Assembly (NCBI GenBank): GCA_964016885.1
Contig: OZ024741.1
Coordinates: 80,538,001 to 80,602,000 of the forward strand
Source: Eledone cirrhosa
Taxonomy: Eukaryota
Direction: 5' to 3'
Length of the DNA stretch: 64,000 nt
Below the pieces are notes generated by a model. The model did not search any database. It saw nothing but the letters and a program-made list of their open reading frames with translations, and was not told where the DNA came from. Positions 1 through 12,828 of this stretch are shown piece after piece. Numbering within the stretch: position 1 is the stretch's first letter; the number at the start of each line of letters is the position of its first letter. Position numbers and translations under genes: made by a program.

Positions 1-225
1 AATGAAACTGTATTTAACAAATATAAACACACTTCTAAAGGAATGTCTGTTTTATCCTTATTAAAATTCTTAAAATAAGAGTGGTGTGTGGGTGCAGTAT
101 GTATTCCTCAGAAAAAAAATAAAAATTAAAAACATCTAATTTTCTGAATTTTCCAGTTTTCTTGAACCCAAATAAATGGTTTAGTACCTGTACAAGAGCT
201 GGTGCTTTGTTCTGATTTTACTGCA

Positions 226-442
226 TCAACCCTTTTGATACCAACTCTCCCATACCTAGCCCTGTACTGTGAAACAAAACCACTAATTTTAAAGGTTTCC
301 TATTTAACTTAAAACCTACCAACAGAATTTTATATAAGAAATAATTTAAGTAATCAAATGATTAATACATTTTGTAAGCTCAAAATTCTTCATTAATTGA
401 AATAGTGTGTTTTCATTAGAAATATGGTCATGAGAGGGTTAA
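226..442. mobile_element. piggyBac-like MITE (TTAA-CCCTTT ends), a family with many copies in the window
   Basis: Reads tcaa-CCCTTTTGATACC...GAGAGGG-ttaa. The same internal sequence recurs at ~4000, ~5017, 10678, 22434, ~27665 and ~48510-50590. Confidence 0.6.
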
Positions 443-1059
443 ACAGATAAGACAAATCTCTTTGGATAAGACATCAGTCTATCAGCTGTAACATTCCCAG
501 GTAACTTGGTATTTATTTCCAACACTTGGGAAAAATTATGGTAATGTAGGATAGGATAAAGTACTTTGTCTCAAAACATAACAGAACACCTGCATCAGAT
601 TTGAACTGAAGACCTCTGAACAGGTAATTTAATAGCTTATCTATTCAGCCATCCTACTCCTTTTACCTTTTATTCTCCATTGCCTCAGTTTGTCAGGAAT
701 AGCACCAGGGAATGCTACTTGCAATAGGACATCTGTATCCAGAGAGAAAGATTTATTTAGCATTAACATTATGAAATCTGAGCTTTAAGGGACTATGATA
801 CATTTACATATTATGTCATATAACTCTTTCATTGCTATCAAATATTATTCAGAACACGTATACATCTCTTTAAGCTTTGCATCATTAATAGATCTGCTTG
901 TCTCTGCCTTTTCAGAATTATGTTCTTAATAAGTAATGTCTTATTTTTCATTGTTTTCACTTTTTGGGCAACAAAATTGAAAATCTATGCAGTGAGGAAT
1001 TATATTATCCATTTTATATGTTATAGTTCTAAAGAAGGGAGGTAGGTGTAAAAGCTAAA

Positions 1060-1500
1060 CTCACTATCTTCAATTTGATTTTTTGCCTATCCTTGCCTAT
1101 GGTCATGAATATTGAGTAATAACCAAAAGAATATGATTACAAATTACGAGCGACCAAAATGGGATTCATCTGAAGGGTCTTTGGAGTAAACGTTATCCAA
1201 TAGGGTGATTAGCTCAGAGATCTGGAAGTCACTCCAAGTAGTGCCACTACTGCTCTACATTGAGAAATTATGCCACTGGTACTATGGATATATGGTTAGA
1301 ATATCCAAGGAAAGAATCACAGGACAGATTTAACTGGCAAAGTCAACTGACAGGAAACCTAGAGGTAGACCATGAGCAAAATGGTTGGATAACATCTATA
1401 AACTCAGTTGGGTATCCAGCCAGATCATTTAGAGATGGCTGTTTCTGATAGGACCATCTGGAAAGCATGTTTGAGGACTGCTTTTATGATCATTTCAGGA
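1060..1500 (+). mobile_element. Highly degenerate RTE-type LINE 3' ORF remnant
   Basis: Broken translation resembles the RTE C-terminal motifs P-I-L-x-Y-G-H-E-x-W and MGF..R; many stops and frameshifts. Confidence 0.4.
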
Positions 1501-1701
1501 ATAAGTGGACGAAGATGTTGTAGTTATTATTCTAGGAGAAATAAACTTAATATTACTTTAATCTTTTTGAATCCAACCCTCCTCTGGTTCTATAAAAGAA
1601 ACTACACATTTTAAAGGGTTTTTATTTAAATTAAAATCTTCCAATATAATTTGATATAAGAACTTTTTGTTAAGTTGTATTACAAACATCACCTTAATAA
1701 T

Positions 1702-1885
1702 TGTTTCTACTTTAAGCACAAGGCCAGCAATTACCCAGTGCATTACTGGTACTTTATTTTATCGACCCCTTAAGGATGAAAGGCAAAGTCAACCTCAGCG
1801 GGATTTGAACTCAGATCGTAAAGGGACGTAACTATGCTGGAAAGCATGGCGTCCGACCCTCTACCGATACTGCCAATCCACCGCC
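1702..1885 (-). mobile_element. tRNA-derived SINE with 14-bp target-site duplication
   Basis: Minus strand starts GGCGGTGGATTGGCAG, has B-box GAGTTCAAATCC and central CTTTGCCTTTCATCCT..GGGGTCGATAAAATAAAGTACC. Flanked by direct repeat ATCACCTTAATAAT (1688-1701 and 1886-1899). Confidence 0.85.
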
Positions 1886-3053
1886 ATCACCTTAATAATG
1901 AAATGATTAATAATTGTAGTAAATCCTTCCAAATTCTGCTTTCATTAAGTAATTGAAATACAGTATATTTCTTTAGAAATATGGTAATGGAAAGGTTAAA
2001 GGTTTCTTACCCTCAAGAACTGGCATATGTTATTTTTGCTATGAAGCATGACAGAAAAATATCCATATCCCATGACAGATAACTACCCATATCCCATGTA
2101 GTGTGACGTTTGAACCTTACATCTGATATTAGACTGACTTCAATTTATACAAAAACACAAATCTTTATTCATCATTTCACATTCAATTGTATATATTTAC
2201 AAACAGGGAAAGAGAAAAAAAAAATAATGGGAGGGTGGGAGAGATAAAAAATAAATAAAAAGAAGTGAGAGAAAATGAGTAGGGGTCAAACTACACTTTT
2301 AGCCAAGTGGTACACCTATCTCAGCTGTGCCTTGCAGACAATGTGACAAAAGTATTGCCATGGAAAACAGCCAGCAATATTAACTACTTCAGACATTTCA
2401 CTTCCTGGGGCTCCTTTCTCCGGCAAGATGCCTCCTTCCTAATTTGGCAGAGGTCTGGGAACTGAGCACACTGGAAGGCTTGATAGTAACTGACATAAAA
2501 TGAAAACAGTGAAGTGTGTGATTAACATTTGAAATGACATTCTGATAGAATATATAAACCTACACACACAAGAATATATAAACAAATAAGAATATATAAA
2601 CCTACACACACATGACAACACAAGAGAAAAAGATTTAAAATCATTAGAAACAACTCTCTCTCTTCTCCCCTTTCTCTCATTTATTCTAAAGCATTAATTA
2701 TTTACTTCACTCAATCAATTTTATGTTAAATAACATTTGAATTAAATTTAATTAGCTAATTTAGTAACAACTACTTCATATAGTCTTTTACTGGTTTCAG
2801 TCATTTGACTTTGGCCATACTGGTGCACTGTCTAATGGGATTTTAGTCGGTCATTTCAACCCTATTTTATTTTTTATCAAACTGCTGAATTATGGGACAT
2901 AAGCACAGGCAAACACAAATGTAAACAGTCATGGACACATACATATGCAGTTGGCATTAGGAAAGCCAAAATATAGATCTGTAAGAGCCTGACATTTCTC
3001 ATAATGTGAAAAATTGTCTAACCCATGCAAGTGAGGGAAATAGATGTTAAATG

Positions 3054-3093
<40 letters not shown>

Positions 3094-5569
3094 CCATGCA
3101 AGCAAGGAAAAGTGAGCATAAAATGATGATGATATATATATGATGGGCTTCTGCAGATCTTGTTTACCAATTTCCACTCACAAAGCTTGGTCAACCCAAG
3201 GCTACAGTAGAAGATATTTGCCCAATGTGCCAACAGTCGATATTTATTCAAATATATGAATGAGAAATTTGCTTTTTTAAATTTTAAGTTGGTAATTATT
3301 TTTATTTTCAAAAATGATTTCATTATTTTATATAAGCATCATGACATAATTATTTTACAAATCTCACATTACTTGATGTTAGTGGCAAAAGTCTGTTGAA
3401 AAAGAAATCAAAAGTCTGTTGGGGAAAAAATCAAAGCAAAGGATCATGTGTGCTAGTAAGTGATTTGTATGGTGTTTTAGAAGTATGATCAAATGAAATG
3501 GCATGTGTCTGTCATTTCTGACAATGCAGCTGCAGCATCACTCACCAACAGTCAGTAGATATAGCTAGAGTTTACCTTTGTAGGGGTCAGTAATTGATAG
3601 TTAAGATCAGATGAGGATGGTCCTAGCAAGTACTGATTGAAACCACCTTGGCTGGTCCATGCACACTTATTAAAGCCTTTCTGTTGCCTGGGACTGCTTG
3701 GGTTAATGGGAAGGCAAGGCCAGCACATCTGAGAAAGACAACTTTGTGCAGGGGTTGACAAGAGAGTCAACAATGCAACACTAAAATGCCCTCTGCCCCC
3801 CACTCTTTTTGTAAGTGTGGTGGATAGCTGTTGATTCCTTGTTGTGTTCACATCCACACTTATAGATAGGTATTAGTGTGAGATCCTAGATTGCTGTTGC
3901 CAGTTTAACCACTGATTACCTGACTATGGAACATAATTATTAACAGCAGATTATTGTGATCTGGCCTGATATCAAGTGGTGAATTGAAGTGCACAGAGTT
4001 TAACCCTTTCTTTACCATATTTCTAATGAAAGATTGCTTATGATTTTCAAATAATTTTGAAAATGATTAAGAATTTGGATGGATTTAATATAACTAACTT
4101 TATCATTATTAAGCTGGTGTTTGGAGTAAAACTTAAAATAGTTTTGTAGAATTACAATTGTGAGCCCAGCACCCTAGCCACTAAGCCACATGCCTTCACA
4201 TCACATTAGTAGATTAACTGATATTATTTGCAGCTTTAATTCCTTACAACCCATAATGATAAAAGATTCTAATACTATCAAACAACATAGGTGGCAAATT
4301 AATAATCATTGGAGCATAAGACAAGATGCCTTGCAGTATTTGTGGCTCCTGGAACAGGTTTTGCCAACTTCATAGGTTTCTTGAGTATTTTTAAGTCTAT
4401 TTTTTCCAGTGACAGGAAGTGAGATTTGAACTCGGTATACACAGAACCAGAAAAGATACCACACAGTGGCTCACTCAGTGGTCTAACCATTCTGCCAATT
4501 CATCATCATCATGGACTGGTACTTTATCAATCCTGAAAAGATGAAAGGCAAGGTTGCTCTTAGTAGGATTTGAACTCAGGGTACAGAGAGTTAGAACAAA
4601 TACTGCAAGGCATTCTATCAGCATTATGTATAGTGAATAAATATAAATACCCTTTTATCAATCTTACAAGAGTTAGCCAAATACTCCTTAATGTTATTTG
4701 TATGACCACCACCACCATCTAATGCCTATTTTTCCATGTTGGCATATGCTAAAATAAAGCCATATGTTTAAAAACATTGCTAGTTTTATTCTAGAACCTA
4801 GCCTACACACAGGATAATATTTACTTCACTTAGTGTAAATATGGACTTTGACAATCTATGATATTGACCTCATCTCCGACAAATGCATGGGAGTTACTTG
4901 AGAGAATTGATTCTGTTGCCAAGGAGATAGGTTTACAATATCATCAGTGCAACTAAAGCTTGTTCAACACCAATAATAATTGAGCATATAGACAGGAAAG
5001 TAGGTGAACTAAATGTTTAACCCTTTTGTTACCATATTTCTATGCCTATGATTTAAAAATAATTTTTCAAATAATCAAAAATCTTTAAGGATTTAGTAAT
5101 ATAACTAACTTTCTCATTATTAAGCTGGTGTTTGGAACACAACCAAACAATGATTGCTCCATAAAATTATGATGAAAGGTTTTCAGATACATATAAATAC
5201 TTTAAACAATTTTGTATTGTAGAACCAGGGGCGGTTTCAAGCAGTTTAGTATAAAAAAAATTAGGCCATACCATTGGTAAAAAATTTTAACGGGGGAAAT
5301 ACATCGAAGGTGGTATAGTAAAGCGTGTTTAATAAACAGCAATATGAATAGGTTTTTTGTTTTGTTTAGTTAAAAAAAATCAACATTGAAAGTCACACCG
5401 AGATGTAATGTTGGTGTAAATTGATTTCATTGATAAGGCACAAAGAAGACTAAGAATATTAGGGACACATTACAGCTGTATAGGCTTAATTCAGTTGAAA
5501 AGTATTTAAATATAATTTTTTTGGATTGCCCAAGATATTTTTATTTAATTAAAATCAAATTGTTATATA

Positions 5570-6243
5570 TATGTGGAAGCTATGGAGTACGAAGACCTTG
5601 AAAGACTTGGGATGAGGTGATAAAAGCTGGCCTTGCACAATTACACCTATCAAAGGCGATGGCACAGGATCGAGATCTCTGGTGTTATGCAGTAATACAA
5701 AAGACTCATCTTCCTATCTGCACAGTTTGAAGCATACATCTAGTACGCACTGCTCTCCCTTACATCCCCTTTTCATACAACTCCAACACCCTAACATTCC
5801 TCCCTTGATCCACCCCTCACCTGATAAGTGCCCCACCCTAGATCCACCTCTCCAATCCTCATGCACTTCCCCCACCCTAGTCCACACTGTAAAGTGGTCG
5901 TTTCTGGTTCTATGACAAAAAGTGCCCTGTCCACATTGTAAAGTGGTCATGTAGGTGTCACGACAAAAGACACCCAATCCACACTGTAAAATGGTTGTGT
6001 AGGTGCCACAACAAAAAGCACCCAGTCCACACTGTAAAGTGGTCATTTTGGTGCCACAATAAAAGGTACCCAGTACACACTGTAAATATTGTTGGCGTTT
6101 GGAAGGGCATTCAACCATAGAAACCATGCCAAAATTGGTCCAGTGTGAGCAGAACATGGTCATCTGCTCTAGCTTGGCTCACATCTGGACAACCCGTCTG
6201 ACCCATGCTAGCATGGAAAAATGGACGTTAAACGATGATGATG
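5570..6243 (+). mobile_element. Old RTE LINE 3' end with ~48-bp tandem units in the 3' UTR and a (GAT)n tail
   Basis: End-of-ORF remnant, about five CCACACTGTAAAGTGG-containing units (5881-6090), the conserved GGAAGGGCAT.. block and CCCATGCTAGCATGGAAAAATGGACGTTAAACGATGATGAT. Confidence 0.75.
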
Positions 6244-6844
6244 GTGTGTGTGTGTGGAGTAGTGGTTATAATGTCTGGCTCATGATTTATGGACATGTGT
6301 TTGGTTACTGAATCAGGCAGTGCTTGTCCTTAAGCAAGATGCTTTAATTCATGTTGCTCCAGTTCACTCAGCTGGCAAAATTGAGTTGTACCTGTAATCC
6401 AAGTGTCTAGCTTTGTCACACAATGTGTCAAACTGGATCTCCTTGAGAACTATATTGAGGATGCATACATCTGTGGAATACTGAATCACTTACACACTAA
6501 TTTCACAAGCAGGCAGTTCTGTTGATTGAATCAACTGGAGCCTTTGTCAGAAACAAGGGATGGAATTAACATACATGAGATGCACTTTGGATTTATGCCA
6601 GGTAAAGGTACCACAGATGCCCTGTTCCTTGGTTTCTACAGCTGGATCCCCTTCCTAAAGCCATCTACTTTACAGCATGGTTTCTACAGCTGGATGCCTT
6701 CTTAACACCAAACAATTTACAGGGTGAACATGCTGCTTTTTATTGTGATTTCAGCACTACCACTTTAGAGGGTGGACTGGGTACTTTTGTAGTGGCACTA
6801 TTTTGTTACAGCACTTATGAACGAAGAACAAATGCTTATAGTGT

Positions 6845-7519
6845 TTGTACATGGTGGTGGTTCCAAATCCTTTTTACCTCCCACTTTAAGTCCTGGTATC
6901 GGTTAATTTTCTCCCTCTCCTTCTCTTGCACTCTCGTGTCGAATGGGCAGGCCACATCCACAATCAGGCACGATCTTTTTTCTTTTTCCACAACCACCAG
7001 GTCAGGTCTATTGTGTTCCAGTTTCTTGTCCGTCTATATCCTAAAATCCAACAGCACCTTCACCTGATCGTTTTCTATCACTGACTCTGGCTTATGCTCA
7101 TACCACTTCTCAGAATGTGGTAAATTGTTTACTTTGCATAGGTGCCAGTGGATCACCCTGCCCATCACATCATGTCTCCAGCCCTTATAGTGAGTCTGGG
7201 GTAGGTGTTTACACTCGGATACAATGTGAGCCACAATCTCCTCTCTCTCTCCACAGGTCCTGCACAGTGGGCTAGCCTCCTCCTTGTAAATATGGTGTTT
7301 CAACCACTTCGTTTTGAGGGCCTGCTCTTGCGCAGCCATTAACATTCCTTCTGTAGCCTTTTTAAGGTCTCCTCTTTTCAACCAGTTCCATGTCTGTGGA
7401 TCTCTGAATTCAGTTTTCTCAAAGAAGGTACTATGAAGGGATTTTTCCTGAAGGCTGCTCTTTCTCCTTGTTGTTATTTCCTCCTTGGACATCCCCTGGT
7501 CTATTGTCCTCTCCTTCAG
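6845..7519 (-). mobile_element. R4/Dong-clade (restriction-like endonuclease) LINE 3' ORF fragment
   Basis: ORF 7034..7492 has TEGMLMAAQEQAL, the CCHC finger CRTC..HIVSEC and RHD. Reading through one TAG gives TDKKLEHNRPDLVVVEK..IVDVACPFD (PD..D RLE motif). An (ATT)n run abuts at ~7520. Confidence 0.85.
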
Positions 7520-7632
7520 TATTATTATTATTATATTTTCTTATACATATTTAGCATATGAATGAAGATACTATGTTTAATTGTATTGTTTTGAAATATA
7601 AAAAGTAAACTCCCCAATTTTATTTTTTTCAG

Positions 7633-7737
7633 ACTCAACTGTCTGATTACAAAACTGTACATGTTGTTTTGGGAAATGAATCAGCAGATCAAGATTCTGT
7701 GATTTCATCTCTAGTTCAAGCATTCTATTTGAATCAG
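7633..7737 (+). CDS. PRUNE: PRUNE-family DHH phosphoesterase, first visible coding exon (TQLSDYKTVHVVLGNESADQDSVISSLVQAFYLNQ)
   Basis: ttttttcag acceptor and gtcagt donor, 105 nt, phase 0/0. HVVLGNExxDxDS is motif I of PRUNE/PPX1. Confidence 0.93.
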
Positions 7738-8529
7738 GTCAGTATTCACTCCTACGTCTTTAATAGCGCAGTCTTTTCCTGTAGAAAAAACTTGCTCTTA
7801 TAAAAAAAACACCAACATTGTTTATTCTATAAATGTTGAGGTTTTTAACAAAATCTAGACATGGAATAGCAGAGGTAAAACAGCTACAAATAAATGGAAA
7901 AGGTTTTGTTTAATGAACATTAAGAAAAATATTTTTATTTGTTGTCAAGAAGAAAAAAGACAGAAGCACAAACACAAAATCTGTCCACATCTGATCTGCA
8001 AGCCTGTGCAAAGCTAGTGATAAACCCTGACTAGATGATAAAAGGTATAGCCCAGGTGTGAAATATAGGCCTCCAAAACTGGTAATAGGCCCAGACCACA
8101 TGTGAAATGCTGGCTCTTATTTCAGACAGCTCATTAAGTATTTTAATAACCATTGCTAAATATGACACATATGCTTTATACATGGGTTACAGGTATACAC
8201 ATATACACCCGTCTAAACCCATGCTAGTGTGGAAGATAGATGTTAAACGATGATGTTGATGATGATGATGACATGTAGTGTCCATGTATTTACAAATAAC
8301 AGAACAGAATAAAAACTACCACCAGTTGAGGTGAGTAGGCTCCTCTCAAAATCCTATGACCATGCCAACTGGCCCACTCTCATCAGGCCTGTTTATCTTA
8401 CAAACCTTTGATCAACTATATGGTATGTGACATTGGCTTCCTGTACAACTCCCTGGAAGGTGTGCCTGAAGTCTATTTCCCCTAGACCCTCTTAAGTGGG
8501 TAAAGAAAAATAGGATATGGTAAATTTTT

Positions 8530-8981
8530 GGAATAGGCTATGTAGCCGGTCTTGGGAAAATAGACAAACAGGCTTTTTAAGCTTATTTTACCGGTAAACC
8601 CTAAAGGGACGCAATCTTAGCTGAAGTCCCAGAAGCTTATTTTACCAGTAAATAATGAATAGTGACTATCATCTTTAACACAGGTCGTGACTTTTTGCTA
8701 AAATTCTTAATTTTGAAAATATTTGACTCTGCTAAAATTCTTAACCCATGGAACTCAGTAGTTGTGTGTGTAACTAAAGCATAACATATGTTATGGACGT
8801 TGGAAACACAAGCAGAATTATAATAATATAACTAAATGATTTTAACTTGTTTTTTAACAATTGACGGTGGAAAAGATTTCAATTTGTCTTAACTCAGTAC
8901 ACAACTCATGGTGTCCGACACTCTTACTGGCTAAATAGCATGGGAGTCAATTTTACCCGGACTGGCTACATAGCCTCTTCC
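8530..8981. mobile_element. Non-autonomous Mutator/MULE-like TIR element
   Basis: About 35-bp imperfect TIRs (GGAA(T/G)AGGCTATGTAGCC(G/A)GTC..) and a perfect 9-bp TSD TAAATTTTT (8521-8529 and 8982-8990). Confidence 0.8.
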
Positions 8982-9804
8982 TAAATTTTTCTATTAGCTG
9001 TACAGAAATGTAGTTTACAAATTAAGTATTTAATACTAAGTAGATATTTCCAAGGAATATCTTGTGTGAACTTTGACAAAAATATTAGTTTTTTAAATAT
9101 ACACCATGTGTCTCTCTCGCCTTTGAATCTATTAAGAAATAGAAAAAAAACTACTTTCCAATGATTTCAGTCATTTATCTGAAGTTGGTTACAATGCAAT
9201 GTAGCACTTGCATATTCGTCATCATTTTCATTATCTTTAAGTCAGTTGTTCCCTTGATCGGTTAGACAACACTTTTTGAGGTACTCATTCTATGGCCTGA
9301 TTCCCTTTCTGATACCAACCCATATTTTATAAATATAGTAGATACTGTTTGTCTTCATCAAAACACTATGCTGCAGAACATATAGTTTATATGGAACAGA
9401 AACAAATGCCACTGGCTGCTTTAAGCATTGTTGTAAAGTGACACACACATACACACACAGACGCATGCATGCGTGCGGCAGGCTTCTTTTACAGTTTCCC
9501 TCTTTGGTCAGCCCAAGGTTATAGTAGTAATTTGGTCAAGGTATCACACAGTTGGATGGAGTCTGAAACCATATGGTTGTGCAGTAAACTTCTTAACGAT
9601 ACAGCCTTGTCTGTGCTTATGTTAAGTGTTTAACAAAATTAACATAAACCAATATAGAAAGTAAAACAATTTCAAGTTGCTGAAAATGAGCAAAAATGTA
9701 TGTTTTTCTTGCATAGTCACAAATGAATGATTCTAAATAATAAAACATTTTTAGAAATAGGACTAAAACCACATAATTACACAACGTTCATCAATTATTT
9801 TCAG

Positions 9805-10082
9805 ACAAACAAAGCAGATAATGTGCTCATCATTCCTGTTATAAATATTTGTCGGAGAGATGTCCGTTTAAAAAAGGTATTGCACCATGTGCTGACTCAG
9901 CAAGGAATTCTATGCGAAGATTTGATATATCGAGATGATGTTGACCTCCAGAACCTCCATTTTCACCAGAAGCTCAAACTGACTCTCGTTGATCAAAATG
10001 TTTTACCTTCAAAGGACTCATTTTTGGAAGATTGTGTTGTGAGTGTTATTGACCATCGCCCTAGAGAAAGACCAGAATCCAG
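9805..10082 (+). CDS. PRUNE: PRUNE exon (TNKADNVLIIPVINI...LTLVDQNVLP...VIDHRPRERPES)
   Basis: ttttcag / gtaagg, 278 nt, phase 0/2. Contains PVINI.R.D..L, LI.RD..DL, LVD and the DHRP motif typical of PRUNE. Confidence 0.95.
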
Positions 10083-10677
10083 GTAAGGGTTAAAGCATTC
10101 ATCATCATCATTGTTTTTATGTCCGCTTTTCCATGCTGGCATTGGCTAGATAAAATGTTCTGAGACAATATTTTACAGCCAGATGCCCTTCTTTATGCCA
10201 ACCTTTTTAGTTGCTTCTTATGATATTCATGGATACAGTGTATCTATTCTAAAAACTGGAATACACAATGCAATCATTTATATAAAGTGTTGTTCTCTTG
10301 CACACAGAATAATATAAGTTTCACAGTTAATTGGCTGTGCATCAGAAAATACATACTTATTGTATATTATGACTTATATCAAACACAATTCATCATTATT
10401 TTAATGTCAACCTTCCCATATTGGCAATGAGTTGGACAAGACAATTTTGAGGGAGTGTTTCTATGTTAGGAACCCCTTCCTGATGCCAATTCTTACTTGC
10501 TTTTTAAGTAATGTAATGATCTTAGCACTTTGGACCACTAAGCTGTGAGGCAAATTATTCATGTAGGACGGAAACAAATGTCACTGTCTACCTAAGAGAT
10601 GTCTCAATGTGAAGTGAAGAAACATGTGGATACAAATACACACACACACAGTGTTCATAATGAAACAAAATGTGTAT

Positions 10678-10920
10678 TTAACCATTTCGTTATCATATTT
10701 CAAATGAAAACATGGCCTATGAGTTTCAAATAATTTGGAAAATAATCAAGAATTTGGAAGGATTTAATAAAATTATTAGCTTACTCATTATTAAGTTGGT
10801 GTTTGAAACATAACTTAATAATCGAAAATTTAAATTTAAATATGAACACTTTAAAACAAACATCCTTGTATCATAGAGCCAGTGGTAGAGTTTCAGGTAG
10901 GTTGGTATCAAAAGGGTTAA
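10678..10920. mobile_element. piggyBac-like MITE
   Basis: TTAA-CCATTTCGTTATC...GGTATCAAAAGGG-TTAA; same family as 226-442. Confidence 0.7.
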
Positions 10921-11109
10921 AGCAACTGGGTAATTTATAATGAACTGTTAATTTAATCTTATTTTAGTTCATTTTAGGAAAACAATATCTATTTTTTCTG
11001 ATTTCTGATTATATTTCTTTCATTATTTTTTATTAAAAGCAATAACTTTATTTAGTTTTTATCTGTATTTTCTATGTATTTGATTCTTCTACTGAAAATG
11101 AAATTTGCA

Positions 11110-11475
11110 ACTTACAATGCAGGTTTAGCTGGCCTCTCATGAGGTTACATCTCAGAGTTGCATGGGTGTTTTAATGATAGGGGCCCCAGTCTTATGTTAT
11201 AGATCACAATCACAGCTATGCAGGTTTAGCTGGCCTTGTGTGGGGTTGCATCTCATCAAAGGTTTTTTGGGTGATTTAATGATAGAGGCATCAATCTTAT
11301 ATGCAAAATTACATCTTATTGGAGATTTCTTGGGTGTTTTAATAATAGGAACCCCAGTCTTCTCATTTTATTACAGTTCACACCTATGCAGGTTTAGCTG
11401 GCCTCCTTGTTGCATTTCATAGCAGGTTTCCTTCCCAGGAAGTCTTTTAATGAAAGGGGTCACAGTCCTGCCATG
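11110..11475. repeat. Diverged tandem copies of a ~100-bp dispersed repeat
   Basis: TGCAGGTTTAGCTGGCC occurs three times and GGGTGTTTTAATGATAG..CCCAGTCTT three to four times. Related pieces lie at ~27970 and (reverse) ~48025. Confidence 0.6.
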
Positions 11476-12828
11476 AAAATCAAAATGAAATGAATCATCT
11501 TGCTCAAGGACACAATGCACTGATCGGTCCAAGAATCAAACCTACAACCTTACACTTGAAAGTCCAATGCCCTAACCTCTAGGCCATGTACCTTCACAAT
11601 TTTTCTATGATTTGAAAAATTGTTTTTTTATAAACTAGATTTAGTGTTTTGTTCAAAAGGATGATACAATTTCGAAAATAAGATAAAATGCAATTGTATT
11701 GTACATCGTTGCATGTTACATTAGTAATTATAATGCTAGGATCAGCACCAGTACCACCATTACCACGATCACCACAACACTGTTGCTGCCACCACCATTA
11801 TATTACAATATTGAAATATTGTTAGATACTCTCCCCCATCCCACCCAACTATCTGTGTTTACAATTCATAGCATGCTGTTGTTGCTGCTATTACTGATAA
11901 CGTTGATATAATAGGTTGGAAGAAAAAACAGTAGCAATATAGTAATAATAATAATACCTTTATTGACAGAAGTCATGGAAGTTATTATTTACTATTTCTG
12001 TTTTGCATCCATTTTTTTCCATTACCAACATCATCATCATCACCGTTATTATCATTATCATCAACTGGACCACTATCAGCATCATCATCACCCATTATCA
12101 ACAACACCACTCCTACCACTATCGTCATGACCATCATGTCTGATTTTTCATTCTGATATGGATTGTATGATAATTTTTGAGGCAATTTTTCTATGTCTGG
12201 ATACCCCTCCTGATGCCAACCTGTAGCTTGCTTGTAAATATGGTATATACCACTCATTTTCATCAAATTCCTATGCTGCAGGATATATTGTTTATACAGG
12301 ACATAAACAAATGTTACCACTTGCTTTAAATGTTGATATGAAGAAGCAGGGAAACCCCCCCCCCCCCCCACACACACACACAACATATATAGATTTAGCT
12401 GTAGAAACAAAACTGAATACATGAGTTGATAAATATTTTATTATAGCTGTGAAGCTATATCAGAAGTTTTGTGCCAAAGGGCACTTCATGACAGGCATCC
12501 TCTCGGTTTCCATTTTGGATAATAGTTTTTAAAAAAAACAATGAATTAGAAAACAAAACAAAACAGAATCTTGTTCTAAATCAACAAACTGAAGCATGCA
12601 CAGTTATTAACCATGCTACAAGGCACTAAACAACAATTACATTAAATTTGAATATATAATCATGTGGTTAGTAGCCTAGCAACATAATTTCTGATATATA
12701 GTATCATGTGGAAAGACTCGTTCTCATTTGAGAGAATATTATTATGAAGAACAAATGACAGTTGAATACTATATTTCTAATGAAATACACTACCTATTAT
12801 CATCAATCATTGTTTAATGTCCGCTTTC

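Noticed and set aside
1-7632. PRUNE first (ATG) exon or promoter
   Set aside because: No convincing short ATG..GT phase-0 exon was found by eye; it may lie upstream of the window or have been missed.
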